In this document: in pieces, positions 47,553 through 57,902 of the stretch
How the letters are laid out: each line of letters opens with the position of its first letter
Numbering within the stretch: the stretch's first letter is position 1
Assembly (NCBI GenBank): GCA_949300375.1
Contig: CASGEB010000004.1
Coordinates: forward strand, 101-64,100
From: an uncultured Pseudomonadota bacterium
GTDB taxonomy: Bacteria; Pseudomonadota; Alphaproteobacteria; RF32; CAG-239
Direction: 5' to 3'
DNA length: 64,000 bases
Translations under genes and position numbers: made by a program
The notes under the pieces: model-generated
Seen by the model: only the letters and a program-made list of their open reading frames with translations
Told to the model about the DNA's origin: nothing
The model's database searches: none

Positions 47553-47590
47553 AAAACCCGCTCTTAATTTTTTAAGAACGGGTTTTTTTT
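47553..47590. terminator. bidirectional terminator
   Basis: AACCCGCTCTTAA-tttt-TTAAGAACGGGTT, flanked by an A-run and a T-run. Confidence 0.65.
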
Positions 47591-48386
47591 AATTTACAGC
47601 GCTGTCGTTTTCAACCACAATGCCTTGAATCAATACAAATTCCGGCGTCTTTCCCTGAAAACTGTTATATTTTTTCATCAGTTCAATAGCCTGCGGGTCT
47701 TCTTTGGCCGGAGCAAAACGCGGCTGCGATGCATTTTTCTTCTGTGTCGGCTTAGCCTGGGCATTTATTTGAGCTTCCTGCTCTTTGTTCTTATCAACTT
47801 TAATTTCCTGCGGCGCCTTTAAGATTTTTTCCAAAATAGATTGGGTTTCTTTTGACCGGCGGTTGGTATAAACAATATTTTGCTTATTCGCCGGCAGAAT
47901 CTCAAGGATTTTTTCCAAATTCACGAGCTGCTTGTTTTTCTTAATCAGGTTAATATCATCCACCACCAGGATAGACACTTTGCTAAAATCGATTTTTCCG
48001 TCATCGGCAAGCTCCACCAGCAAGTCTGGCGAGCCGATAATAACGTTGGCCTCATTGTCAATGTCTTCGTCTTTGTCCTTAATGGTGGCCTCATTGATTT
48101 CGTGATATTTGTTAAAAATGGCCAACCGGTCGGAAACAACAACGGATTGTTCGGAATCCGGCGTAATGATTAAAATATTGTCAGCTTTTTTATTGCTGAT
48201 AATATCAATCAGCGGAAAAACATAAGAAGTCGTTTTGCCGCAACCCTGCGGTGCAATGGTAAACACGTCTTTTCCTTGCAAAATTGAAGGGATAACGTCG
48301 CTCTGAACGGTCGTCGCTTCCTGAATGCCGAACTCATCAATAGCCTGAAGCGTTTTTTCACTTAATCCTAAATCACGAAAATTCAT
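47589..48386 (-). CDS. DEAD-box helicase-like protein, RecA1 domain only, degenerate motifs
   Basis: Q-motif-like TTVQ and motif I APQGCGKT. Motif II is VVDD instead of DEAD, and the SAT position reads YTN. There is no second RecA domain; the C-terminus is low complexity. Confidence 0.6.
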   Translation of the reverse strand: MNFRDLGLSEKTLQAIDEFGIQEATTVQSDVIPSILQGKDVFTIAPQGCGKTTSYVFPLIDIISNKKADNILIITPDSEQSVVVSDRLAIFNKYHEINEATIKDKDEDIDNEANVIIGSPDLLVELADDGKIDFSKVSILVVDDINLIKKNKQLVNLEKILEILPANKQNIVYTNRRSKETQSILEKILKAPQEIKVDKNKEQEAQINAQAKPTQKKNASQPRFAPAKEDPQAIELMKKYNSFQGKTPEFVLIQGIVVENDSAVN

Positions 48387-48477
48387 TTTATTTCTTCTTT
48401 AAAGTTCTGGTTAATTTTTATTTTTTAGATATTATTTAGTTTATATCGGATAGTCAACTTCTAAATGGGAGAAAAAT

Positions 48478-49026
48478 ATGTTAATCAAAAAAGACGCTTC
48501 ACTTTTGCTGATTATTGACGTACAGGAGCGCCTGGCGCCGGCCATGGACAACCCGAGGGAAGTCATTAACGGCTGCGCGGATTTAATCGGAGTCGCCAAA
48601 CGGCTGGAAATCCCGTTTATCATAACCGAACAATATCCCAAAGGTTTGGGGCGGACGATGGTCGATTTACGGAAAGAAGCCGGGGATGATGCCTGTTATT
48701 ATGAAAAGCTCGAATTTTCCTGCGCCTGCAACAGCGGAATTTATGACGAGATAAAAAAATGCGGCAAAAAACAGATTATTCTCGCCGGCATTGAAACCCA
48801 TATCTGCATTTTGCAAACGGCGCTCCATCTGCAGGAACTCGGATACGAGGTTTTTGTTGTGGCCAATGCCTGTTCGTCCCGCAAGCCGACGCAGAATATT
48901 ATGGCCTTGCAGCGGCTGATGCGCAACGGGGTGGATGTCGTAACATCAGAAATGGTCTTCTTTGAATGGCTGGAAAAGGCCGGTTCTGATGTTTTTAAAG
49001 AAATCAGCCGCCGCTATATCGTTTAA
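48478..49026 (+). CDS. isochorismatase family cysteine hydrolase
   Basis: LLLIIDVQE...ILAGIETHICILQTAL pattern. Confidence 0.75.
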   Translation: MLIKKDASLLLIIDVQERLAPAMDNPREVINGCADLIGVAKRLEIPFIITEQYPKGLGRTMVDLRKEAGDDACYYEKLEFSCACNSGIYDEIKKCGKKQIILAGIETHICILQTALHLQELGYEVFVVANACSSRKPTQNIMALQRLMRNGVDVVTSEMVFFEWLEKAGSDVFKEISRRYIV

Positions 49027-49181
49027 CAGGAACGGTAATTATAATATAGCACGGTCTTAACCCGATGCCCTGTCCTTCAAAGCACCTTGTCATTTACAAA
49101 ATCTGTCGGAGCAACGCGGTCTCTGAGGCAGCAAACAAAACAATCGCTGCCGATGTTCAGCCGCGCCTGCCGAGCAGGTGG

Positions 49182-49209
49182 ATTCTCGGGTCAAGCCCGA
49201 GAATGACAC
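49182..49209. repeat. palindromic element of the GSSPRMT type
   Basis: ATTCTCGGG-tcaag-CCCGAGAAT-GACA. Its translation gives the ...LGSSPRMT... pseudo-peptide familiar from repeats in Rickettsiales-like genomes. Confidence 0.5.
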
Positions 49210-49454
49210 AGAATAAACAAGCCATTCGGAGATGGCAGGAGACGTGGACACCGCTCCGAAACAACTCTTCGGAATAACATCAAGACTACTATAACACATC
49301 AAAGCTTATATGTCAACTGTTATTGAAAAATAGGGCGGAATTTTCTGATAACGCGGCAAATTTTGAAAAGGACTGAAATAGCTTTCCTTTTCCCTTGAAT
49401 TCGGCTTAAGCCTTATTATCTATAACGCAGATAAATTTCAATAAGGCCGGAAAA

Positions 49455-50612
49455 ATGCAGGATAAACAAGAAAAAAAGACATATTGGGGGCTGTTGCTGA
49501 TTATTATCATAGCCGCGGCAGCTGCTTTTTATTTTTATCATAAAGAAACCGAACGGAACAAAAAGGCCAAAGCGCTTTCTTCGCCGGAAATCGTCTTAAA
49601 CGTTATGCCGGCCCGGGCAGAAAAAATCACGGTTGACAATTCTTACATCGGTTACGTTACGCCGATAAATTCTGTTGCCGTAACGCCGTATATCAGCGGA
49701 TTTTTGGAAGATATTATGGTTGCCGGCGGGCAGGAGGTCGAACAGGGCGATACATTGGTTGTCATCCAACAAGACGAATATAAAGCCAATCTGAATATGG
49801 CGCAGGCAAAACTGCTGCAAACCAAAGCAGATTATGCCAATGCTGCGCTTTATTACAAAAGAATGCGCGAAGCCGGAACAAAAATCATTTCCAAAACCGA
49901 ACTTGACAATGCCAAGGCGCAGTATCTGACATCGAAGGCAGCCGTTGCCGAAGCGCAGGCCAGCGTAGCTTTGGCCAAAGTAAATTATGATTATACGGTT
50001 ATCCAGGCGCCGATATCGGGAATTGTCGGCGATGTCAGTTTAAGCCGGGGGGATTATGTTTCTCCGTCTTCCCAGCCGCTGTTTACCATTATCCAATATG
50101 ATCCGATTCGCGTTGTCTTTTCTCTGACCGACAAAGAATATCTTAATGAAATGGCGCGCAATCCGCGGCAGCCTTTTGCCAATGAAAAAATAACGCTCCG
50201 TCTGGCCAATGGTAAGATTTATGACCAAAACGGACAATACAAATATATGGGAAACGAGCTGGATAAGCCGACAAGCTCAATTTCTGTTTACGCCGACTTT
50301 GCCAATCCCTCGCGTGAACTGGTGGCCAATGCTTATGTTGATGTGCTGGTTGAAAAGACATACGACGATGTTGTCCGTGTCCGCCAGAGCTATGTGATTT
50401 TGGAAAACAAAGGAAGTTATGTATACACCGTCCGAAACGGCGGATTAAACAAAAAGGCCGTTGAAATCGTAACGGTTTCCGGCAATGACTATCTGCTCAA
50501 AAACACCTTTGCGCCGGAAGAATATATTGTTATTGACAAAGTCGGCAGAATAGCGCCGGGACAAAAAATAAAAACCCGTTTGCCCGGGGTGCCGGCAGAG
50601 GAGAAGAAATAA
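49455..50612 (+). CDS. RND efflux periplasmic adaptor (membrane fusion protein)
   Basis: N-terminal TM helix, lipoyl/hairpin/beta-barrel pattern (..[17 protein letters not shown]...[11 protein letters not shown]..). First gene of a 3-gene efflux operon. Confidence 0.85.
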   Translation: MQDKQEKKTYWGLLLIIIIAAAAAFYFYHKETERNKKAKALSSPEIVLNVMPARAEKITVDNSYIGYVTPINSVAVTPYISGFLEDIMVAGGQEVEQGDTLVVIQQDEYKANLNMAQAKLLQTKADYANAALYYKRMREAGTKIISKTELDNAKAQYLTSKAAVAEAQASVALAKVNYDYTVIQAPISGIVGDVSLSRGDYVSPSSQPLFTIIQYDPIRVVFSLTDKEYLNEMARNPRQPFANEKITLRLANGKIYDQNGQYKYMGNELDKPTSSISVYADFANPSRELVANAYVDVLVEKTYDDVVRVRQSYVILENKGSYVYTVRNGGLNKKAVEIVTVSGNDYLLKNTFAPEEYIVIDKVGRIAPGQKIKTRLPGVPAEEKK

Positions 50613-53600
50613 TGTTTTCGGAATATTTTATCGACCGCCCGCGTTTTGCCGCCGTTATTTCCGTAATTATGGTTCTGGTCGGGCTTTTGGCGATTCTGGT
50701 TCTGCCGGTTTCGCAATATCCTGAAATTACGCCGCCGCAGATTGTTGTCAGTACGACTTACCCCGGCGCCAATGCCAAAGTTTTGGTCGATACGGTGGCG
50801 ATTCCGATAGAAAACGAGTTAAACGGCGTGGAAAATATGCTTTATATGTCTTCCTCCTCGGATGACAACGGTTCTTATCAACTGACCATCACCTTTGACA
50901 TCGGCACCAACCCGGATATTGCGCAGGTTCAGGTTGAAAACCGCCTGCAGCAGGTAAATTCGCAGCTGCCGGCGCTGGTTGTCCAAGAAGGTATCAGCGT
51001 AGAAACAAGATCAAGCAACTTGTTGGCTATGCTGATTTTGCGCTCGCCCAATCGGACATATAATGATTTGTTTTTAAGCAATTTTGCCTATGAGAATATC
51101 CAAAACCCGCTGGCGCGTATCAAAGGCGTCGGCGATGTGCAGATATACGGTCCGCAATATAGTATGCGCATTTGGCTGAATACGGAAAAAATCTCCGCCC
51201 TCGGGTTGGACAGCACAGATGTTGTGAATGCGATTGAAAGTCAGAATGTTCAGGCTTCAATCGGTGAAATCGGCGCTGCGCCGAGCCGGCCGGATACCGC
51301 GGTTGTAATGTCTTTGACCGCCAAGGGGCTTTTGGACAGCGTGGAAGATTTTGAAAATATCGTCATCACAACTTCGGCCGACGGCGGAATCATCCGGCTG
51401 AAAGATATTGCCCGGATTGAGCTGGGCGCCGATAATTATAGTATGAACGCTCATTTTGACAACGCTCCTGCCGTCGTCGTCGGCCTGAGCCAGACGCCGA
51501 ACTCAAATTCTCTGGATATTATGAAGAATGTCGAAAAAGAAATCGCCAATCTCAAAAAGGCCTTTCCGGAAGATATGGAGTTTGCCGTCGCATACGATTC
51601 GACAAACTATGTCCGGGCATCAATAGAGAGCATCTTGGAAACGCTGATAATTACCTTTTCCCTCGTTGTGCTGGTTACCTATGTTTTTCTGCAGCGAGCC
51701 AAAACGACGCTGATTCCGCTGATAACCATTCCGGTTTCTCTGGTGGCGACCTTTGCCGTCATTTATGCGCTCGGTTTTGATATTAACATTTTAACGCTGT
51801 TTGCCATGATTTTGGCCATTGGCCTGGTGGTGGATGATGCGATTATCGTGGTAGAACGCGTCCAATACCTTATGCTCAATGAAAAATTGGATTCCAAAAG
51901 CGCGGCAGTCAAAGCCATGCAGCAGATTGCCAGTGCCATTGTGGCCACCACCTTTGTTTTGCTGTCGATTTTTATACCGGTCGGACTGATGGCGGGCATT
52001 ACCGGAAAGATATATCAGCAGTTTGCGGTAACGATTGCCACCTCCGTAACCTTCTCGGCATTTAACGCGCTGACGCTGAGTCCGGCATTGTGTTCCATTT
52101 TCTTAAAAGGCGACGACGGCACGACGAACAACCGTTTTTTTGTCTGGTTTAATGACCTGATTACTTTTCTGCGTGATAAGTATGTTGCCGTTGTCGGATA
52201 TTTTTCAAGTTATCTGAAATTGACCTCCGCGATTGTGCTGGGAACAATCGCCGTCGTCGTCCTGACTTTTGCCGGCACGGCCACGTCTTTTATTCCGGAA
52301 GAAGACCAGGGGATTATTTTTACCAATATCCAACTCCGCAACACGGCCACCATCAACCAGACCAATGATTTGCTGGACAAGCTCGGACAAGAGGTTTTGC
52401 AGGAAGACGGCGTTGAATATTTCATTTCCGTTGCCGGCTATTCGCTTTTGGGCGGCGGCGGGGAAAATGTTGCTCTCGGAGTTATCGGGCTTGCGCCGTG
52501 GAACGAACGGACGTCTGAAAACTTGTCAATGGAAAGCATCACCGGCCGCCTGACTGAGAAATACGGCAAAAATGACAATGCTGAAATAAACTTTTTTGCC
52601 CCGCCGTCGATTCCGGGCATCGGCAGCGCCAACGGTCTGACTTTTGAACTGCTTGCAATTCAAAACAGTCTGACGCCGGCCGATTTGTTTAATAAAATGG
52701 AAGAATTTCTGGCTCATCTGAACCGTTCTCCGGAAATGTCTTATGCCTTTTCAACCTTCACGGCCGATACGCCGCATATATTTCTGGATATAGACCGCAC
52801 CAAGCTGGAGGCTTACAACGTGCCGGTTTCCAGTCTGTTCACGGCTTTGCAAAACAATCTCGGTTCCCGTTATATCAACAATATTACGCTGAACGGTCAG
52901 GTCAACAAGGTCATTATCCAGGCCGACTACCAGTATCGTCAAAATCTCCGCAATGTTGAAAATATGTATGTCCGTTCTCAAAAGGGAGATTTGGTCAAAA
53001 TAAAGAGTTTTGCCACGGTCAGCACTGAAATTTCTCCGGATATTATCTACCGTTACAATCAGTATACGTCGGCCTCGGTTACGGCTCAGTCTGCCTCCGG
53101 CGTCAGTACCGGCACGGCCATTGATGCCATTCGCAGTTTGGCTTCTCAAACATTAGGGCAGCATTATAGTGTTGCCTGGACGGGATTGAGCCTTCAGGAA
53201 GTCGAAGCCGCCGGTTTGGCAGAAATATTAATTGCGCTGGCATTGGTCTTTTGCTATCTGTTTCTCGTTGCACTGTATGAAAGCTGGATGCTTGCCTTTT
53301 CGGTAATGTTTTCAACGGTGTTCGGAATTTTGGGCGCTTTAATCGGTCTGCATCTGATGGGGCAGTCGCTGAGTATATATGCCCAGCTCGGGTTGATTAT
53401 GTTAATCGGGCTGGCGGCCAAAAACGCGATTCTGATTGTTGAATTTACTAAAGCTTACCGCGATGATGGTGCCACGATTCTCGAGGCTGCCAAGAAAGGG
53501 GCGGAAGAACGGTTCCGGGCGGTGTTAATGACGGCTTTAACTTTTATTCTGGGCGTATTTCCGATGGTCATCGCCACCGGAGCCGGAGCTTCGAGCCAGA

Positions 53601-53812
53601 TTGCCATTGGGACGTCGGTCTTTTTCGGCATGATAGCCGCAACTTTGGTAGGAATTGTTTTTATTCCGGCTTTGTTTGCCGTTTTTGAGAGTATTAAAGA
53701 ATGGTCGGACGGCGGAAAAGAAGAGGAAAGACTGATTGCTGAAAATCAAAAAAGCGGAGGCAATTTAGGCATCAGCCTTGATGATGCGCCGGAGCAGGGA
53801 GGTGCAAAATGA
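50612..53812 (+). CDS. RND family efflux permease (AcrB/MexB-like)
   Basis: 1066 aa. [13 protein letters not shown] start and 12-TM/2-loop architecture with ...VDDAIIVVE.... Confidence 0.95.
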   Translation: MFSEYFIDRPRFAAVISVIMVLVGLLAILVLPVSQYPEITPPQIVVSTTYPGANAKVLVDTVAIPIENELNGVENMLYMSSSSDDNGSYQLTITFDIGTNPDIAQVQVENRLQQVNSQLPALVVQEGISVETRSSNLLAMLILRSPNRTYNDLFLSNFAYENIQNPLARIKGVGDVQIYGPQYSMRIWLNTEKISALGLDSTDVVNAIESQNVQASIGEIGAAPSRPDTAVVMSLTAKGLLDSVEDFENIVITTSADGGIIRLKDIARIELGADNYSMNAHFDNAPAVVVGLSQTPNSNSLDIMKNVEKEIANLKKAFPEDMEFAVAYDSTNYVRASIESILETLIITFSLVVLVTYVFLQRAKTTLIPLITIPVSLVATFAVIYALGFDINILTLFAMILAIGLVVDDAIIVVERVQYLMLNEKLDSKSAAVKAMQQIASAIVATTFVLLSIFIPVGLMAGITGKIYQQFAVTIATSVTFSAFNALTLSPALCSIFLKGDDGTTNNRFFVWFNDLITFLRDKYVAVVGYFSSYLKLTSAIVLGTIAVVVLTFAGTATSFIPEEDQGIIFTNIQLRNTATINQTNDLLDKLGQEVLQEDGVEYFISVAGYSLLGGGGENVALGVIGLAPWNERTSENLSMESITGRLTEKYGKNDNAEINFFAPPSIPGIGSANGLTFELLAIQNSLTPADLFNKMEEFLAHLNRSPEMSYAFSTFTADTPHIFLDIDRTKLEAYNVPVSSLFTALQNNLGSRYINNITLNGQVNKVIIQADYQYRQNLRNVENMYVRSQKGDLVKIKSFATVSTEISPDIIYRYNQYTSASVTAQSASGVSTGTAIDAIRSLASQTLGQHYSVAWTGLSLQEVEAAGLAEILIALALVFCYLFLVALYESWMLAFSVMFSTVFGILGALIGLHLMGQSLSIYAQLGLIMLIGLAAKNAILIVEFTKAYRDDGATILEAAKKGAEERFRAVLMTALTFILGVFPMVIATGAGASSQIAIGTSVFFGMIAATLVGIVFIPALFAVFESIKEWSDGGKEEERLIAENQKSGGNLGISLDDAPEQGGAK

Positions 53813-55278
53813 AAAAAAGCGTAAGTCTTGGACTGTTGGCCGTCTTGCTGTCTTCTTGCACGGTCGGGCCGGATTATCACCGCCCGCAGATTTACAGGGA
53901 TGAAGAAATCTCCAGGAATCTTGGTTTGAATCCGTCCGAAAAAATGCCGATATCCAAAGACTGGCATACTCAGTTTAACGACCCGGTGTTAAATGAACTG
54001 GTTGCCCTGAGCCTGAAAGACAGTCCGGATGTCAAAATCGCCGTTCAGAAACTTCGTCAGGCCAGAAACGAGTTTGACATTAATGCTTTCAACTATTTTC
54101 CGATGATAGACGTTGACGGCAGTTATCATTATAACAAGCCGAGCCGTAAAATCGGCTATACGATAGACACGGATTATTATCAGACCGGATTGGACGCCTC
54201 ATGGGAACTGGATATCTGGGGCGGCGGCCGTCGTCTGACCGAAAGCCGGCAGGCATTGCTGAAAGCCGCAGCGGCAGATTTGGATAACGTATATGTCAGC
54301 CTGGCTGCTGAAACGGCTTCGGATTATATCTCACTGCGCAGCTTGCAGGTACAGTTAAAAATTGCCGAACAAAACTTGGAACTGCAGCAAAAAATTTATG
54401 ACATTGTAAAGCGTAAAAATCAGGTCGGGCTGGAAGACGATGTTGCGCTGAACCAGGCCGAATATGCCATTGAGACAACAAAGACCCTTATCCCGGACTT
54501 GCAGCAGAACATATTGGAAGCGCGCAATGCTTTGGCCATTTTGACCGGACGACTGCCCGGACAGTTGGATGATTTGCTGTCTGACCGAAAAAACAATTTG
54601 GTGCGCAAACGTTTTCGTTTTGATTTGGACAATATTTATAAACAGCCGGCTTCCGTCATCCGCCTCCGTCCGGATGTTCGCGCGGCTGAACAGCAGTTGA
54701 TAGCGCAAAATGCTTTGGTCGGACAGGAAATTTCCAAACTGTTTCCGAATGTCAGTTTGAGCGGATTTTTGGGCTTTCAGGCATTGGAAGTCTCGGGGCT
54801 GGTCGGCAGCAAAACCTTTATGTACAGCTACTCGCCGGCGATAACGCTGCCGCTGCTGCACTGGGGGCAGCTGCAAAATCAGGTCGAACTGCAGAAAAAT
54901 GTAACATTGGAATATTTTTATCATTATCAAAACAGCATTTTAACCGCCGCGGAAGAAATCAAAAATTCCATGAGCGCCATCGGCAGCGAATATAAGAAAA
55001 ATCTTTCTGCTTACGGCGCGGCGGCTTCCCAGCGGAAAGTAACGGCAATGACTTTGGAAAAATATAAGCGCGGGCTGATAGAGTTTAATGATGTTCTGAC
55101 AGCCGAACAAAATCTGCTGAGCGCCCAAAACAATCTTGCCGCCAGCAACGGAAAAATCTATCAGAACATTATTGCCTATTACAAAGCCGTGGGAGGAGGA
55201 TATGCTAAGGACGCGCCGGAATTTTGCTCGCTTTACAAATCGTCATTGTTGAACGGAACGCCCTGTAAGGCTCTTTGA
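53809..55278 (+). CDS. RND efflux outer-membrane factor lipoprotein (NodT/OprM family)
   Basis: Lipobox LSSC followed by TVGPDYHRP. Overlaps the permease stop. Confidence 0.9.
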   Translation: MKKSVSLGLLAVLLSSCTVGPDYHRPQIYRDEEISRNLGLNPSEKMPISKDWHTQFNDPVLNELVALSLKDSPDVKIAVQKLRQARNEFDINAFNYFPMIDVDGSYHYNKPSRKIGYTIDTDYYQTGLDASWELDIWGGGRRLTESRQALLKAAAADLDNVYVSLAAETASDYISLRSLQVQLKIAEQNLELQQKIYDIVKRKNQVGLEDDVALNQAEYAIETTKTLIPDLQQNILEARNALAILTGRLPGQLDDLLSDRKNNLVRKRFRFDLDNIYKQPASVIRLRPDVRAAEQQLIAQNALVGQEISKLFPNVSLSGFLGFQALEVSGLVGSKTFMYSYSPAITLPLLHWGQLQNQVELQKNVTLEYFYHYQNSILTAAEEIKNSMSAIGSEYKKNLSAYGAAASQRKVTAMTLEKYKRGLIEFNDVLTAEQNLLSAQNNLAASNGKIYQNIIAYYKAVGGGYAKDAPEFCSLYKSSLLNGTPCKAL

Positions 55279-55715
55279 GGCTTATAAACATAGATATTGG
55301 TAATTTCCGGAATATTGGTTGTTCTGTGTTCATAACCGCGTTTTTCCATACATCGGCGATATTTGCGCGGGCTGATGTTTTCATCGTCACGCAACGAATT
55401 GACAATCAAAGGCTGGGCATTCCAGTACGGAACATAAGTCGCCCAGATTCCTCTTTCGGAGTGCCAGTCGGCTCGGATATTGAGCTTTGCTTCTTCCGAA
55501 TAAAAATAATTGCTGAAATCCGGCATCAAAACCCAGTCTTCGGCCGCCCGCAAACATTCGGAATGGTCGCTGGCAAATTTTTGAACGCCGGTATTTTTTC
55601 TTTCCCAGTGATAAATAACCTGCCCCTGCGGATCATCACTGTAAAAGATTCCGCAGGCGCCCAGTTCCAAAATAAGGCACAAAGAAAAAACAATTTTTCT
55701 GATTGTCATCGGCAT
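55233..55715 (-). CDS. hypothetical lipoprotein
   Basis: Start moved to the ATG after AGGAAAA, 5 nt past the GST stop. Lipobox LGAC. Confidence 0.5.
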   Translation of the reverse strand: MPMTIRKIVFSLCLILELGACGIFYSDDPQGQVIYHWERKNTGVQKFASDHSECLRAAEDWVLMPDFSNYFYSEEAKLNIRADWHSERGIWATYVPYWNAQPLIVNSLRDDENISPRKYRRCMEKRGYEHRTTNIPEITNIYVYKPQRALQGVPFNNDDL

Positions 55716-55719
55716 TTTC

Positions 55720-56385
55720 CTAAAAGTCCAGGTTTGCATAATGTTTTGCCGCCAAAATTCCTTTAACGCTGTCTTTAAGAATATCTTTGAAAGACGGGCG
55801 GGATTTGATTTTGGAATACCAAAGTTTGGCATTGCGGTAGTTTTCCCACGGAACGTCGCCGAGATAATCCAGAATAGACAACTGTGCGCTGGCGCTGATG
55901 TCGGCTAAAGAAAACATCTCTCCGCCGACATAATTGCGTCTTTCGCACAGCCAATCCAGATATTCCATATGAAAATTAAGGTTGTTAATCCCGGTTTTCA
56001 GACGGCGGGAATCCGGCGCCAGGCCTTGTCCGAAACGTTTATGCGCTTTTTCAACTACCACATTTTTATAAACGTCGTTATAAAATTTGATGTCGAACCA
56101 TTCGCATAACCGGCGCACTTCTGCGCGTTGTTCGGCATTATCCGGCAGCAGCCGCACTTCTTTGTCGGCATCTTCCAAAAATTCGGATATGGCGTAATTT
56201 CCGGAAATAACTTTCCCGTCATTGATAAATATCGGAAGCTCTCCTGCCGGATTCAGCTTAAAAACGTCGGGAGACATATTCCACGGTTCTTCTTCTTTCA
56301 ATACAAAGAGCATTTTTTTCTCGCTCATGGCAATCCGGATTTTGCGTGAAGCCGGAGAAAACGGATGATGTATTAAAAGAACCAT
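55720..56385 (-). CDS. glutathione S-transferase family protein
   Basis: N-terminal thioredoxin-like SPASRKIR...NPAGELP...SGNYAISEFL plus a helical C-domain. Confidence 0.75.
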   Translation of the reverse strand: MVLLIHHPFSPASRKIRIAMSEKKMLFVLKEEEPWNMSPDVFKLNPAGELPIFINDGKVISGNYAISEFLEDADKEVRLLPDNAEQRAEVRRLCEWFDIKFYNDVYKNVVVEKAHKRFGQGLAPDSRRLKTGINNLNFHMEYLDWLCERRNYVGGEMFSLADISASAQLSILDYLGDVPWENYRNAKLWYSKIKSRPSFKDILKDSVKGILAAKHYANLDF

Positions 56386-56472
56386 TTTACAACCTCTGAA
56401 TTTCCCAATTTAACCTGATTATAAATTTTAGTCATTAGAATAAAAAGGTCAAGTCCGGAAACCGGTTTTTGA

Positions 56473-57333
56473 TTATTTTGTGTACATCGGCGGCGTAACG
56501 CTGTTGTTCATAATTTCAAACTGGTGGATAACATTCAGCAGTCGTTTTTTAAACTTTTCCTGCACATCCTGCCTTTCCAGATATTTTCCCAGCCGCCCGA
56601 TAAGAAATTTGCGGTCTTCCGAAACTTTTGAGACGCCGATAAAAACGGGAATGTCCCAGATGATTTGCTTTGAAAATACCACATAATTGCGCAGTCCGAG
56701 CTTTGAGGCCTCAATCAGTCCGGTATAATAGCCGGTAAAAACATAATCGATTTCTTTGGTAAAAAGCTTTTTGAACAATTCGTTCGGATCCCTGATTTTG
56801 ATAACGTCGTAGTCTTTCATCTGTTCGGTTACGAAATCGCTCAAAATTTCTTTTTCCAAAATAGCGCCTTTAAGTTTTTTCACATCTTCCAAAGATTTAA
56901 TCTCATTGCGCCGGCCGGGCAGGGTCATCAGCGTAATCGGATTAGATACCGGCGCAGGCAAAACATAGTCAAGGCCGGAATAGAGCTTGGAGTCATGATA
57001 CATGCCGAGCAAAACGTCAATATCGCCGCTTCGCACTTCTCGGATAATGCTGTTATAATCGGTCAGATGGTCAAGATAAACCACATTGGCGTTATTTTCT
57101 TTTGCAAAATCATCTAAAAGCTCCTGAAAAAGATATTCCCGGCGGCCGGCCTGTTTCTTGTTGTCTTGGTCGATTTGGGTGATTCCGTAGCCAAATGGCG
57201 GATAATCGGGAAAACCGGCCGCTGTGATTTCCCGTTCTTTCTTTGTTTCGCTGAAGTTGACCAAAGCAGTGGCATTTTGTGCGGAAAACAACATCAAAAA
57301 AGCGGCCAGTAGGATTTTTTTGGGATTGTTCAT
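56473..57333 (-). CDS. periplasmic substrate-binding protein (family 3 SBP-like)
   Basis: Signal peptide, ...FPDYPPFGY... and two-lobe length. There are no adjacent permease or ATPase genes. Confidence 0.5.
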   Translation of the reverse strand: MNNPKKILLAAFLMLFSAQNATALVNFSETKKEREITAAGFPDYPPFGYGITQIDQDNKKQAGRREYLFQELLDDFAKENNANVVYLDHLTDYNSIIREVRSGDIDVLLGMYHDSKLYSGLDYVLPAPVSNPITLMTLPGRRNEIKSLEDVKKLKGAILEKEILSDFVTEQMKDYDVIKIRDPNELFKKLFTKEIDYVFTGYYTGLIEASKLGLRNYVVFSKQIIWDIPVFIGVSKVSEDRKFLIGRLGKYLERQDVQEKFKKRLLNVIHQFEIMNNSVTPPMYTK

Positions 57334-57433
57334 ATTTATTCCTTTAAAAAATGAAGAAAAACATATATATCATAAATCATATTCTATACAATTAATATTA
57401 AAAAAGATTTTATTTTAATAGGTCAGGTGAAAA

Positions 57434-57802
57434 ATGAACGAATCCGATCAGTATTCCAGCAATGAGATGCATTCATTGTCGCAATCGGAGTTGGAGAGCC
57501 GTGCGCTTATCAATACGGCTTCCAAACTTAATTATATCAGAGAACATTGGGAAGAAGGAAAAGCAGGCCTTGACGAGGCGCTGGATAAAAACCGCAAGCT
57601 GTGGACGATTATTGCCTCGGCAATGAAAGAAGACGATTGCCCCCAGCCGGAAGAAGTCCGTCAGAATATTTTGAATCTTTCAATTTTTATTTTTAAGCGG
57701 ACGATGGATATTTTAAGCGATCCGAAACCGGAAAGCCTGAGAGTCCTGATTGATATTAATATGAATTTGGCCAAAGGGTTAAATCACAAAGCCTCGGATT
57801 AA
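57434..57802 (+). CDS. flaF: flagellar biosynthesis regulator FlaF
   Basis: SELESRAL...ALDKNRKLWTIIASAM...PEEVRQNILNLSIFIFKRT...LIDINMNLAKGL aligns along its length with Caulobacter FlaF as I remember it. Confidence 0.8.
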   Translation: MNESDQYSSNEMHSLSQSELESRALINTASKLNYIREHWEEGKAGLDEALDKNRKLWTIIASAMKEDDCPQPEEVRQNILNLSIFIFKRTMDILSDPKPESLRVLIDINMNLAKGLNHKASD

Positions 57803-57866
57803 AACATCCAAAGCCGGTCTTAAATATGCAAAAGTGATGTTTTCAGGCTTTTTTGCCGTTGAAAAT

Positions 57867-57897
57867 CAAAAAAGGGGGATTATTCCCCCTTTTTTTG
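57867..57897. terminator. bidirectional terminator
   Basis: AAAAAAGGGGGA-ttat-TCCCCCTTTTTTT. Confidence 0.7.
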
Positions 57898-57902
57898 TTG
57901 TT

